A stretch of DNA of 63,383 nt, the filler included, from Nitrospinota bacterium (lineage in GTDB: Bacteria; JAUXIQ01), in NCBI GenBank assembly GCA_030620925.1. It is 12 parts of 12 records of this genome, joined end to end, with 100 filler letters (N's around TTAATTAATTAA, not from the genome) between each part and the next. Parts side by side here need not be neighbours in the genome. Positions count along the whole stretch, not along the records: positions 16,994 to 24,488 come from JAUXIQ010000086.1; positions 24,589 to 28,753 come from JAUXIQ010000249.1; positions 28,854 to 38,144 come from JAUXIQ010000050.1; 9 more parts are not named here. One strand, written 5' to 3'. Made by a program: the position numbers and the translations under genes. Below the pieces are notes generated by a model that worked only from the letters and a program-made list of their open reading frames with translations, was not told the DNA's origin and did not search any database. Positions within the stretch are counted from its first letter, which is position 1. The number at the start of each line of letters is the position of its first letter. Below, piece after piece: positions 20,088 to 29,659 of this stretch.

Positions 20088-20852
20088 TCAACGCCTGCTG
20101 ACAGCTATTATCACATCCCCGAAAAAAGGCATTCTTGAAGCGACTCTACCCGTGACTTTCAAAACCCCCTGGGTAACCTCACGGGGCAACCTCTCCAGAA
20201 GGCTTCCCCAGTAGGGAAACCCCCACATTAACGAAACCCCCTCCATCTTCTCCAGCCTGAAAGGGCTACCCAGAAGCTCCTTTAAATTGGCATAATGAAT
20301 TAAATGGAGATGGTCTTCAGGAGGCTCCCAGAACCTTCTCCGGCGGCTTTCACTCCCCCTAAACACTGATAAGAAGGGAGAAAGCCTCCTGGAAAGCCAG
20401 CAGCTGAGACTCTCGAAATTGGCCACTGCAATCACCAGCTTCCCCCCCGGCTTCAGATTGTGATAGAGACTACGGACGCTCAGGAGGGGATCGGAAAAAT
20501 GATCCAGGGCCCCCTTGCACATTATGCTGTCGAACACACCGGCTTTAAAAGGTGGCTGCTCGGCAATTCCCTGCACCAGATGTAATTTGCACCCCCCGCC
20601 GTTTTTCCTGGCATAATCCAACATAACACGGGAAGGCTCAAGGCCCACTACCAGCCTCCCGGGGCGGTAGAGCCGCAGGGCGTCTATCCCTCTGCCGCAG
20701 GCAACGTCGAGTATGGCTTTCGGGTTTCCCCGCTCAACTTCCGATAGAGTCGCCTCTGTCATCCTATGGAAGACGAATGTCGTGTCCTCTCTGACGGGGG
20801 ATCGGACGACATCGTCATCGTTCCACTCCACATCTACCTTCAGCTCATTCAC
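20088..20852 (-). CDS. Class I SAM-dependent methyltransferase
   Basis: ILDVACGRG, GLEPS, PFKAGVFD, LKPGGKL. Confidence 0.85.
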   Translation of the reverse strand: MNELKVDVEWNDDDVVRSPVREDTTFVFHRMTEATLSEVERGNPKAILDVACGRGIDALRLYRPGRLVVGLEPSRVMLDYARKNGGGCKLHLVQGIAEQPPFKAGVFDSIMCKGALDHFSDPLLSVRSLYHNLKPGGKLVIAVANFESLSCWLSRRLSPFLSVFRGSESRRRRFWEPPEDHLHLIHYANLKELLGSPFRLEKMEGVSLMWGFPYWGSLLERLPREVTQGVLKVTGRVASRMPFFGDVIIAVSRR

Positions 20853-21094
20853 TTTTCACCCGCAAAGCAAGCGTAAACGCCGTCATTCGGTATTTCAGAC
20901 GACCGGGGCAGGGAGAATTATATCGAAGGATTGTTTTGAAATCAAAAGAAAAAATCTCGTTCGGTCCATCCGAGGATAACTATATCCCACCCTTCTCACC
21001 AGGACCATCTACCACGGCAGTATACTTAAATCCCATCCCGGTGCATGGCGGAAGCGATTGAAACCAATGTCCTGCGGACCGACGAACTCAATTG

Positions 21095-21898
21095 TTAAGG
21101 GACTCGAAAGGTAAGGGAGAGTTTATCCTTATCCCGCAGCACGTTCAAGGAGAATTCCTTTTTATCTTCCAAACGGACGAGTGTATCGTAAAAATCCTTC
21201 AGGTTGGCCGTCTTAACGCCGTCCACCTCTATTATTACGTCCCCCCTGTTTAAGCCGGCTAAATCCGCCATCCCCTTTTCCTCGATATCCGACACCAGGA
21301 CCCCCTCCGCACTGGGCAGACCAAAATATTCCGCCAGCTCCTGGTTTAGTGCCTGTGCGCCGAAGCCGTATCGCCGGCGAACCTTTTCCCCTGCCTCTTG
21401 AAATGCCCCTCCGATTCCCCGGGCCTGCTCCAGCACGAAACTGGCGGCATATATGGGAGCCTCAACCCTGACCGCCAACGCAATGGCATCGCTGGGCCTG
21501 GAATCGATTTCCATGGTTTTTCGGTCTTTCTCCAGCGTTATGGTGGCCAGGAAGATGTCCTCCTTGAGGTCGCTGATGACCACCTTTACCACCTTAATGC
21601 CCGACTTTTCCAGGATGTTCTTCAGCAGATCGTGGGTCATGGGGCGAGGAGTGTTAATGTTTTCCAGTCGAAGAGCTATGGCCTGAGCCTCCGGGAACCC
21701 TATCCATATGAGCAACTCACGCTCGTCATCCACCGACTCCAGAATGACCACCGGGGCATTTGTCTCAGGGTGGACAGATACCCCTTTTATCCTCATCTCT
21801 AACGCTTCTCCATCTTTAGTCTCTGCGTCCACCGATAGGATTAAAGGAGATAATGCCATCGAACAGACTATGATGGCGGCTATCAATAATTTTTTCAT
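21095..21898 (-). CDS. Signal peptide + DUF151 (bifunctional nuclease) domain + PDZ domain
   Basis: PVVIL, IWIGFPEAQAI, RPMTHDL, IDSRPSDAIALA; C-terminal GVLVSDIE...AGLNRGDVIIEVDG. Confidence 0.85.
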   Translation of the reverse strand: MKKLLIAAIIVCSMALSPLILSVDAETKDGEALEMRIKGVSVHPETNAPVVILESVDDERELLIWIGFPEAQAIALRLENINTPRPMTHDLLKNILEKSGIKVVKVVISDLKEDIFLATITLEKDRKTMEIDSRPSDAIALAVRVEAPIYAASFVLEQARGIGGAFQEAGEKVRRRYGFGAQALNQELAEYFGLPSAEGVLVSDIEEKGMADLAGLNRGDVIIEVDGVKTANLKDFYDTLVRLEDKKEFSLNVLRDKDKLSLTFRVP

Positions 21899-21940
21899 GG
21901 TTTTTCACCTCATGGTATCATCCGGACTCGGGTGGTTTTC

Positions 21941-22945
21941 CTATCCGCGCCAACCCTCGATCACCCGCGTCTTATCTCTGGTTAAGATTTTTCCCACACG
22001 GGAATAGCCCGCCTTGACAACCTGATTGCAAAGCTCCTGTGGGGCGTATACCCTGCCTCCTCCTGTAGCCACGAGCATATGAACGGCAAATATCGCTGAC
22101 TCCAGAGGCTCGGTCCTTTCCTCACTGATATCGAAATCGTGTATAACTATTCTCCCTCCAGGCGCAGTGGCCTCGTAACATTTAAGGAGCAGTCCGGCAA
22201 TCTGTTCCTCGGACTGGCTGTGAAGTATGTTGGAGACCAGGATGAGGTCGTAATCGGAGCCTATGTCGTCCACGTGAAAATTCCCCGGAATGGTGGATAT
22301 CCTTTCTTGAAGCCCATGCTCTTCGATCTTCCCCCTGGCTATGTTAACGGCCGGGGGTAGGTCGAAGACGACGCAGTGCAGCGAGGTCTCCTGCGAGGCG
22401 GCCACCAGGCTGTAGGTCCCCGGCCCCCCTCCCAGGTCCAGCATCTTTTTCACACCTTTCAGCGATACCGATTTCCATACCGCCTCCGCCCTCTCCCAAC
22501 CCCTCTGATACATGCACAGGATGAAAGAACGGTTCAGCTCTTCATCTCCATCCAGGAACTTCTTCTCAGACACATCTTCGGGAACTCCGCTTTTCAGTAC
22601 CTGTTCCAGATTGGACCAGGCTTCCCAGGTGTGGAGAGTATGCTTGAACATATCCCCCTTGTATTCCGGTTCGGAGGAAACAAGGAACCGCCCCGCCATG
22701 GGGCTGTTAAAATAGCGGGATTTCTCTTTACGGAGGGTCTTTAAGCCCGCCAGTGAATCGAGAAATATCTCCGCGGCCCGGGGGTCAAGTTCGAATGATT
22801 GAGCGATTTCAGCCGCCGTCCGGCCGCCGGCATGGAGTAAGTCGAATACTCCCAGATGCACGGCCACCAGTATTATCTTGGCCTGCCTGAAACCCACCGA
22901 TATTTTCAGCAGCTCTTCCAGCTCACCGCCTTTTCTGAAAGCCAT
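21941..22945 (-). CDS. O-methyltransferase (methyltransf_2 with dimerisation domain)
   Basis: AVHLGVFD, MLDLGGGPG, VVFDLP, GNFH, SNILH. Confidence 0.85.
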   Translation of the reverse strand: MAFRKGGELEELLKISVGFRQAKIILVAVHLGVFDLLHAGGRTAAEIAQSFELDPRAAEIFLDSLAGLKTLRKEKSRYFNSPMAGRFLVSSEPEYKGDMFKHTLHTWEAWSNLEQVLKSGVPEDVSEKKFLDGDEELNRSFILCMYQRGWERAEAVWKSVSLKGVKKMLDLGGGPGTYSLVAASQETSLHCVVFDLPPAVNIARGKIEEHGLQERISTIPGNFHVDDIGSDYDLILVSNILHSQSEEQIAGLLLKCYEATAPGGRIVIHDFDISEERTEPLESAIFAVHMLVATGGGRVYAPQELCNQVVKAGYSRVGKILTRDKTRVIEGWRG

Positions 22946-23029
22946 TTCCTTCCCTTTTCCTTGCAGCAGCGGCCCGTTCAACGGTGAATATATATCCACC
23001 CAAACTCCATAACAACCGGCCCTGAAAAA

Positions 23030-24488
23030 TCAGCGGCCTTTCATCAGCTCTTTGAGTCTGTACAACTTATCGAGGGCGTCCCTGGGGGTAATATCGTCCG
23101 GATCGATCCCCCTCAGCTCTTCCACCACCTTGAGCCCCGTCCCCGCGAACAAGGATAATTGAGATTCTTCAGCGCTGTCGCCCTTCGATCCTTCTTCCGG
23201 CTGCTCTTTGCTCCTCTTAAGCTCGCCGTATTCGAAGCCGATGAGCAGCTCACTCGCCCTCTTAAGTACTTCGGCGGGGAGACCGGCCAACCGCGCGACT
23301 TGTATGCCGTAGCTCTTGTCCGCGCTGCCTTCAACCACCTTTCGGAGAAACTTTACTTCCTCACCGCTCTCCCTCACCAGCACCTGATAATTCTTCACCC
23401 CCGCTGCCGTTCCCGCCAGCTCGGTGAGCTCATTGTAATGGGTGGCGAACAGCGTCTTGGCCCCGATGCGCGATTCGTCCGCTATGTATTCGGCCACCGC
23501 CCACGCTATGCTCACACCGTCGTAGGTGCTGGTTCCGCGGCCAATTTCGTCCAGGATGATGAGGCTCTTGCCGGTGGCGTTGTTCAATATATTGGCGGTC
23601 TCGTTCATCTCCACCATGAAGGTGCTCAAGCCCCGTGTGAGCTGGTCGTGGGCGCCTACTCGAGTGAATATCCTGTCCACCAGGCCGATTTCCGCACTTT
23701 CCGCGGGCACGAAGCCGCCCATCTGGGCCATGAGAACGATGAGGGCCGTCTGTCTGATAAAGGTCGACTTACCGGCCATGTTGGGGCCGGTGACGATGAG
23801 CAGCCTGTTACTGTCGTTATCCAGATGCACGTCGTTGGGAACGAAACTCTCCTCCAGCTCAAGTCTCTCCAGGACCGGATGCCGCCCACCGATGATCTTT
23901 ATCTCTCCGTCATCCTTTACGGTCGGGCACCGGTAGTCGTAGTTGGCGGCCGTTTCGGCCAGCGAGCAGAGGACGTCCTTCAGGGCGACCCTGTGCGAGG
24001 CCTCCTGTACCCGGGTGGTGAAACCGGCGACCTCCTGGAGCAGTTCCCTGAACAGCTCCTCCTCCAGTCTGCTGGATTCCTCTTCGGCTTTCAGGACTTT
24101 CTCTTCGTACTCCTTGAGCTCCGGCGTGATGAACCGTTCGGCTCCGGTGAGGGTCTGTTTGCGAATGTAGTCGTCCGGTACGTCGTCCAGGTTCTTCCTG
24201 GTCACCTCTATGTAATATCCGAAGACCTTGTTGTATCCCACCCTGAGGCTGTTGATTCCGGTGCGGTCGCGCTCCCGGGCCTCCAACCGGGCGATCCACT
24301 CCTTGCCCTGAGAGGAAAGCTCCCGGCAGGAATCCAGTTTCCCGGAATATCCCTCTCTTATCACACCCCCTTCTCTTACGCTGAAAGGAGCGTCCCTGGC
24401 AACGGCCCGCTCCAGGAGCTGACCCAGCTCCTGCAAGTCGTCCCACTCCTCGCTGAGCTCACGGAATATCTCCGAACTCAACGTACGA
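23030..24488 (-). CDS. mutS: DNA mismatch repair protein MutS, 5'-truncated
   Basis: GYNKVFGYYIE, RKQTL..AERF, TGPNMAGKST, STFMVEM, DEIGRGTST, SYGIQVA. Confidence 0.96.
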
Positions 24489-24719
24489 NNNNNNNNNNNN
24501 NNNNNNNNNNNNNNNNNNNNNNNNNNNNNNNNTTAATTAATTAANNNNNNNNNNNNNNNNNNNNNNNNNNNNNNNNNNNNNNNNNNNNCCCCGCACTCAG
24601 GGCAAGATTCGGTTTTAACAGGTATCTCTTCCAGACATTGCAAGCATTCCCCCCGAAATCTACTGCTTTTGAGAGATACAATATCAGGATAAGGTGGGGG
24701 AATTACTAGTAACGCGAAG

Positions 24720-24750
24720 AAGGGGCGGGAAATTTCATCCCCGCCCCCTC
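24720..24750. terminator. GC-rich hairpin downstream of the OMP gene
   Basis: AGGGGCGGG-aaatttcatc-CCCGCCCC; no clear U tract. Confidence 0.4.
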
Positions 24751-24780
24751 ATACAGCCTGATAAAGTATGTTGTCTTTTT

Positions 24781-25344
24781 TTAATAATGGTATCCGATCA
24801 GCCCCCCGAAATGGTATCCCCCTCCATTGCGATCAATGCCAAACAGGTCTACCCCGGCATACGAGTATTTCAGCTCAACTCCGACATTCAGGTGCTCATA
24901 CAGGGTCCAGTATACGCCTCCCTGGAGCCAGATACCTAAGCCCAAATCATCATCAGAAACACCAAGTCCTCCACGCTCGGCACCTATGATGGCTATTCCT
25001 CCACCCACGAAAGGATGCATATTACCATACTGATCAAAAATCTTTCGAACCCCCAGGTTAAATTCCGAGGTCTCGCTTTTTAAAAGAGCCGCGTTCCCAG
25101 AGGCGTGCATATAATCTACGGCGATGCTGATCGGCCAGGTCTTCATTTTAAAGTCAATTTCCAATCCGATCTCAAACTGGTCATCTGCAGGGAACCAGTC
25201 GCTTTCGTTGAGGAACTTCCCTCCGATAAAAATTTTGGCGTTTCCCGTCCATTGGCTTAAATCTATACCCGCTTGCACCGGAGAAGCGATCGCAAACAAG
25301 AAAAGCAACGGAACGATGGAAAGAACCATAATCCATCTCTTCAC
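24781..25344 (-). CDS. Outer-membrane beta-barrel protein (OmpA/OmpW-like)
   Basis: Signal peptide, alternating beta strands, C-terminal aromatic motif GLIGYHY. Confidence 0.8.
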   Translation of the reverse strand: MKRWIMVLSIVPLLFLFAIASPVQAGIDLSQWTGNAKIFIGGKFLNESDWFPADDQFEIGLEIDFKMKTWPISIAVDYMHASGNAALLKSETSEFNLGVRKIFDQYGNMHPFVGGGIAIIGAERGGLGVSDDDLGLGIWLQGGVYWTLYEHLNVGVELKYSYAGVDLFGIDRNGGGYHFGGLIGYHY

Positions 25345-25548
25345 GGCCTACCCCCTTGTCTATAAGCAAAACTTCAATTTGTTTACATTTTGACGATATT
25401 CTACACCTATCCGACAAAATATGTAAAGAAAAGACTCACTCAGCATAAAGTTACGGCAGTTGAGACAGCGGATTCCGGGAGAGGCGCTAAAGGTGAAAAT
25501 GAAAAGGAAAGGATCCGTTTAATTCAGATCATTTTACTGATGGTTTCC

Positions 25549-26112
25549 TCATGTTGAATCGCCTTCGAGGCCCAATTCTTCTGCGATGCCCCGCATGGCC
25601 TCGACGACGAAATTGATGTGCTCGCTGAGCTCCACTCCCAGCTCTTCGGCACCTTTAGTAATATCTTCCCTGCTCACCGCCCTGGCGAATGCCTTGTCTT
25701 TCATCCTCTTGCGCACCGATTTGGCGGCCAGGTCTGTTATCCCCGAGGGACGCACCAGGGAAGCGGCGGTTATCAGCCCGGTGAGCTCATCCACCGCGAA
25801 CAGCGCCTTGTCCATAAGATTTACCCGCTCAACACCCATCCTGTCGCTGTGCGACCGCATGGCATAGACCACCTCCTCCGGGTAGCCCAGCTCTTCGAGG
25901 ATGGCCGCCCCCTTGGCCGGATGGTCGTCCAGGGAGGGATACTTCTCGTAATCGAAGTCGTGCAGCAGCCCGGTTATGCCCCACAGCTCTTCATCTTCAC
26001 CCAATTTGCGGGCGTAAGCGCGCATGCCCGCTTCCACAGCCAGGGCGTGTTTTATGAGGCTCTCGCTCTCGGTATACTCGGTCAGAAGATCATAAGCGTC
26101 GCTTCGGTTCAT
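25549..26112 (-). CDS. HD-superfamily (HDIG) hydrolase
   Basis: KHALAVE, GLLHDFDYE, DELTGLI, KDKAFAR. Confidence 0.85.
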   Translation of the reverse strand: MNRSDAYDLLTEYTESESLIKHALAVEAGMRAYARKLGEDEELWGITGLLHDFDYEKYPSLDDHPAKGAAILEELGYPEEVVYAMRSHSDRMGVERVNLMDKALFAVDELTGLITAASLVRPSGITDLAAKSVRKRMKDKAFARAVSREDITKGAEELGVELSEHINFVVEAMRGIAEELGLEGDST

Positions 26113-26177
26113 CGTTCCCTCCTTAGCTCACGGGGGAACCTTTTCAGTCAAACGGCTCCCCTAATGAACCAATGAGC

Positions 26178-27359
26178 TCATATCACGCCGTCATGCTGGA
26201 AAGCCTCGTACTCGTCCTTGCTCTTGCCGAGAAGGTCGCAGTATATCTCTTCGTTATGTTCGCCGATTGCGGGAGCCTTGAACGTGCTCCCCGGCGTCTC
26301 GGACATCTTTATCACCACCCCCGCAGTGGGGAAACTGCCTATATCCGGGTAGTCTATGTCCACGAGCATATTACGGGCCGACACGTGGGGGTCTTCGACT
26401 ATCTCCGGGATGGAATATACTTTGCCGCAGGGAACACGGGCCTTCTCCAGCACCTCCAGAATTTCGGCGCAGCTCCTGCTGGAAGCCCACCCTCCTATGA
26501 CCTCGTTCAGCGCATCGCGGTTCTCGTAGCGCAGGAGGTTTGTGGCGAAGCGGGGGTCCTCCAGGATATATTCGGCTTCCATGCTCTCCGCCATGCGCAC
26601 CCATATCCTCTCGCTCAGGGGGCTGATGAACACCCATCCGTCTTTAGCCTTAAAAAGGTCTCCCGGCTGATGGAAGAAATGGTTCCCCAGTTGAGGCCGC
26701 GTCTGGCCGGCGGCGAGATGCTCGCCGTACATACCGCTCATGAAGGAGCAGGCGGTATCCAGCATGGCTATATCCAGAAATTGGCCCACGCCGGTGTTTT
26801 TCTTATGATAAAGGGCCAGCAGCGTGCCCACGCAGGCGTGCATGGCGGTGCTGAAATCGACCCAGGCGATGGCGGAGCGAGTGGGCGGATTGTCGGGGAA
26901 GCCGGTAACGCTCATGTGGCCGGACATGGCCTGCCCCACCGGATCGAAGCTGGTCTTTTCCTTGTAGGGCCCTGTCTGCCCGAACCCGGATACGGATGTG
27001 TAGATTATTCCCGGGTTGATGGCTTTTATGGTCTCGTAATCGAGCCCCAGCCTTTCCATCACCCCGCCGCCGAAGTTCTCAACCAGTATATCAACGTTGG
27101 AGGCCAGCTCCTTGAAAAGCTCTTTGCCTTTATCGCTTTTCAGGTTCAGCGTTATGCCCTTCTTGCATCGGGCGTTATTGTAGAAGCCGACGCTCTGGCC
27201 GTTTTCCAGGAGCACGCCGATGAAGCGGTCGGCGGCGCCGCCGGGCTCTTCCACCCGTATAATCTCGGCCCCCATCTCCCCCAGCAGCGTGCTGCAGTAT
27301 GGGCCGGCGATGAAGCGGCATACATCAAGAACCCTGATTCCCTCTAAAATTTTCCCCAT
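26178..27359 (-). CDS. Family III CoA-transferase (CaiB/BaiF)
   Basis: LEGIRVLD, AGPYC, GAEIIRVE, DILVENF, catalytic Asp in IAWVD. Confidence 0.92.
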   Translation of the reverse strand: MGKILEGIRVLDVCRFIAGPYCSTLLGEMGAEIIRVEEPGGAADRFIGVLLENGQSVGFYNNARCKKGITLNLKSDKGKELFKELASNVDILVENFGGGVMERLGLDYETIKAINPGIIYTSVSGFGQTGPYKEKTSFDPVGQAMSGHMSVTGFPDNPPTRSAIAWVDFSTAMHACVGTLLALYHKKNTGVGQFLDIAMLDTACSFMSGMYGEHLAAGQTRPQLGNHFFHQPGDLFKAKDGWVFISPLSERIWVRMAESMEAEYILEDPRFATNLLRYENRDALNEVIGGWASSRSCAEILEVLEKARVPCGKVYSIPEIVEDPHVSARNMLVDIDYPDIGSFPTAGVVIKMSETPGSTFKAPAIGEHNEEIYCDLLGKSKDEYEAFQHDGVI

Positions 27360-27381
27360 AACTAAGCTCCTCAGGTGGTGG

Positions 27382-28188
27382 TTAGCAACCTTTGAATTTC
27401 GGCTCGCGCTTCTCAACGAAGGCCCTGACGGCCTCCACGTGGTCCTCGGTGTTGAAACAGTGCATCTCAACGGAGAGGGAGTAGTCCAGCACGAGGTTGG
27501 ATACATGTTTGATCATCTTATTAACCGACATCTTGGTGGTGTTGATGGCCACCGAGGGGCCGTTGGCCAACCGTCTGGCGAAACCCCATGCCTCTTCTCG
27601 CAGCTTGTCATGGGGCACCACGTAGTTGACCAGGCCTATCTGCTCGGCACGCTTGGCGTCCATGATATCCCCGGTCATGAGGAACTCTTTGGCCCTGGCG
27701 GCGCCGATCAAGAGCGGCCAGATAACCGCTCCACCGTCACCGGCGGTGATGCCCACCTTTACGTGAGGGTCCCCGAAGCGGGCCTTATCCGAAGCGTAGA
27801 TGACGTCGCAGAAAAGGGCAATGGTGGCCCCCAGGCCTATGGCCGGCCCGTTCACCGCGGCTATGATCGGTTTTTCGCAGTCCAGCATGTCGTCGATGAT
27901 CTTCCTGGCTTCAAATGTGCGGGTGATGGCCGGGGCTTCCTTGATTTTTCCCTCGGCGCGGTCGAGCATGCCCTTGACGTCGCCGCCGGCCGAAAAAGCT
28001 TTGCCCGCCCCGGTGATGACCACCGCGTTGGTCTCCTCATCAAGCTGGATATCGGCGAAAATCCGCGACAGCTCGGTGTGCATTTCAGGGCTCACCGCGT
28101 TCAGTGATTCGGGCCGGTTGAGGGTGAGCGTGAGAACCTTGTCTTCCCGCTCGGTAAGGATTGCCTGATACTTGCTGTAATCGACCAT
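27382..28188 (-). CDS. Crotonase-superfamily protein (enoyl-CoA hydratase/isomerase fold)
   Basis: LNRPESLNA, AFSAGGD, KPIIAAVNG; FGDPHVKVGITAGDGG in place of the catalytic Glu segment. Confidence 0.9.
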   Translation of the reverse strand: MVDYSKYQAILTEREDKVLTLTLNRPESLNAVSPEMHTELSRIFADIQLDEETNAVVITGAGKAFSAGGDVKGMLDRAEGKIKEAPAITRTFEARKIIDDMLDCEKPIIAAVNGPAIGLGATIALFCDVIYASDKARFGDPHVKVGITAGDGGAVIWPLLIGAARAKEFLMTGDIMDAKRAEQIGLVNYVVPHDKLREEAWGFARRLANGPSVAINTTKMSVNKMIKHVSNLVLDYSLSVEMHCFNTEDHVEAVRAFVEKREPKFKGC

Positions 28189-28272
28189 TTCATTTTCCCC
28201 TTCTAAAATACTGTTGAAACTAAATATTCAGATGACCTGATTACTTTTAACATGAATCCTGCCTCTTGTCAT

Positions 28273-28753
28273 TCATAACTGGCGGTCCAGCGTGCGGTAC
28301 TGGATGGCTTCTGCGATGTGCTCCGCCTTAATCTCCTCTTCCCGCTCCAGGTCGGCGATGGTGCGGGCGACTTTGAGTATGCGGTGGTAGGCGCGGGCAC
28401 TGAGCTGCATACGGGTGATGGCCGTCTCCAGAAGCTTCTCGGCAGCATCTTCTCTCTTGCAGTATTTCTTCACCAGCCGGGTGGACATCCGGGCGTTGTT
28501 GTGCACTTTCTCGCTAGCCAGGCGCTTCCTCTGCAACACCCTGGCTTCATTCACCCGTTTCCTTATGGCGGCGGAATTTTCGCTGCTGCTCTCGCTCGCC
28601 AGCTCCGCATATTTCAGCGGGGGAACGTCCACGTGAATGTCGATGCGGTCCATTAGCGGCCCCGAGATGCGGGAGAGATATTTCCTTATCTGGTTTGGCG
28701 TGCATTTGCATTCCCTGGTGGGATCGGTGCTGTAACCGCAGGGACAGGGATTC
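28273..28753 (-). CDS. YifB/ComM family Mg-chelatase-like AAA+ ATPase, 5'-truncated
   Basis: NPCPCGY...[40 protein letters not shown]. Confidence 0.9.
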
Positions 28754-28853
28754 NNNNNNNNNNNNNNNNNNNNNNNNNNNNNNNNNNNNNNNNNNNNTTA
28801 ATTAATTAANNNNNNNNNNNNNNNNNNNNNNNNNNNNNNNNNNNNNNNNNNNN

Positions 28854-28971
28854 CGGTGCGGTCGTTGACCCGGCCCTGTTCATCGGGCAGGCAGGTGCCC
28901 ATGGGAGCGAAAACGATCCTGTTTTTAAGCTTCAGGGAGCCGATTTTGAACTCTGAAAACAGCATGCCCAT
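28854..28971 (-). CDS. OYE-family flavin oxidoreductase, N-terminal fragment
   Basis: MLFSEFKIGSLKLKNRIVFAPMGT is a typical OYE N-terminus. Confidence 0.75.
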
Positions 28972-29165
28972 CTTACTCTCCGGATCAAAAGCGGGCCCCA
29001 TCCGGTATCCCTCTGGAAAAATCTTCTATTATGTATGGACTAACCCCCACGTTTCGGGCCGGGTAAGAACGCGGGGGAATCGTGATTGGATTCATTAAAT
29101 CCGGACCCCGGGCGGAAAAGTTTAACCCATCCCGGTCAACCGTGGGAAAGGATCGAATTCACCGG

Positions 29166-29573
29166 CTAATGTTGTTTGCGGACGTTGTCGCGAATATAGC
29201 CAACCATGTCTTTGGTGAGGGAACCCGCTGTAAACACTTCGTCAATACCCAGGTCTTTCATCTCCGGGATGTCCTCCCTGGGAATGACCCCGCCCACCAC
29301 CACCAGGACGTCTTTTATCTCCTTACCCTGGAGGATTTTGGTGACTTCGGGTGCGAAGGTGAGGTGTTCACCGGAGAGGCAACTCAGGCCGATGACGTCT
29401 ACGTCCTCCTCGAGGGCCGCCTGGACAACGTTTTCCGGTGTCTGGTAGAGTCCCAGGTAGATTACTTCCATTCCCGCCTCCCGAAAGAGTGAGGCGACAA
29501 CTTTCGCCCCCCTGTCGTGTCCGTCCAGTCCCAGCTTGGAAATCAGCACTTTTATCTTTTTATCTTCGTTCAT
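29166..29573 (-). CDS. Cobalamin-binding small subunit of acyl-CoA mutase
   Basis: KLGLDGHDRGAKVV (DxHxxG), IGLSCLSG, VGGVIP. Confidence 0.93.
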   Translation of the reverse strand: MNEDKKIKVLISKLGLDGHDRGAKVVASLFREAGMEVIYLGLYQTPENVVQAALEEDVDVIGLSCLSGEHLTFAPEVTKILQGKEIKDVLVVVGGVIPREDIPEMKDLGIDEVFTAGSLTKDMVGYIRDNVRKQH

Positions 29574-29659
29574 CTATGCTGCTCCTATCCTGTCATTATT
29601 CATGATGCCTCCGGTGGCGAAATGCGGGCCCTACGCCGGCATCCCGCATCCAGGCGGTG

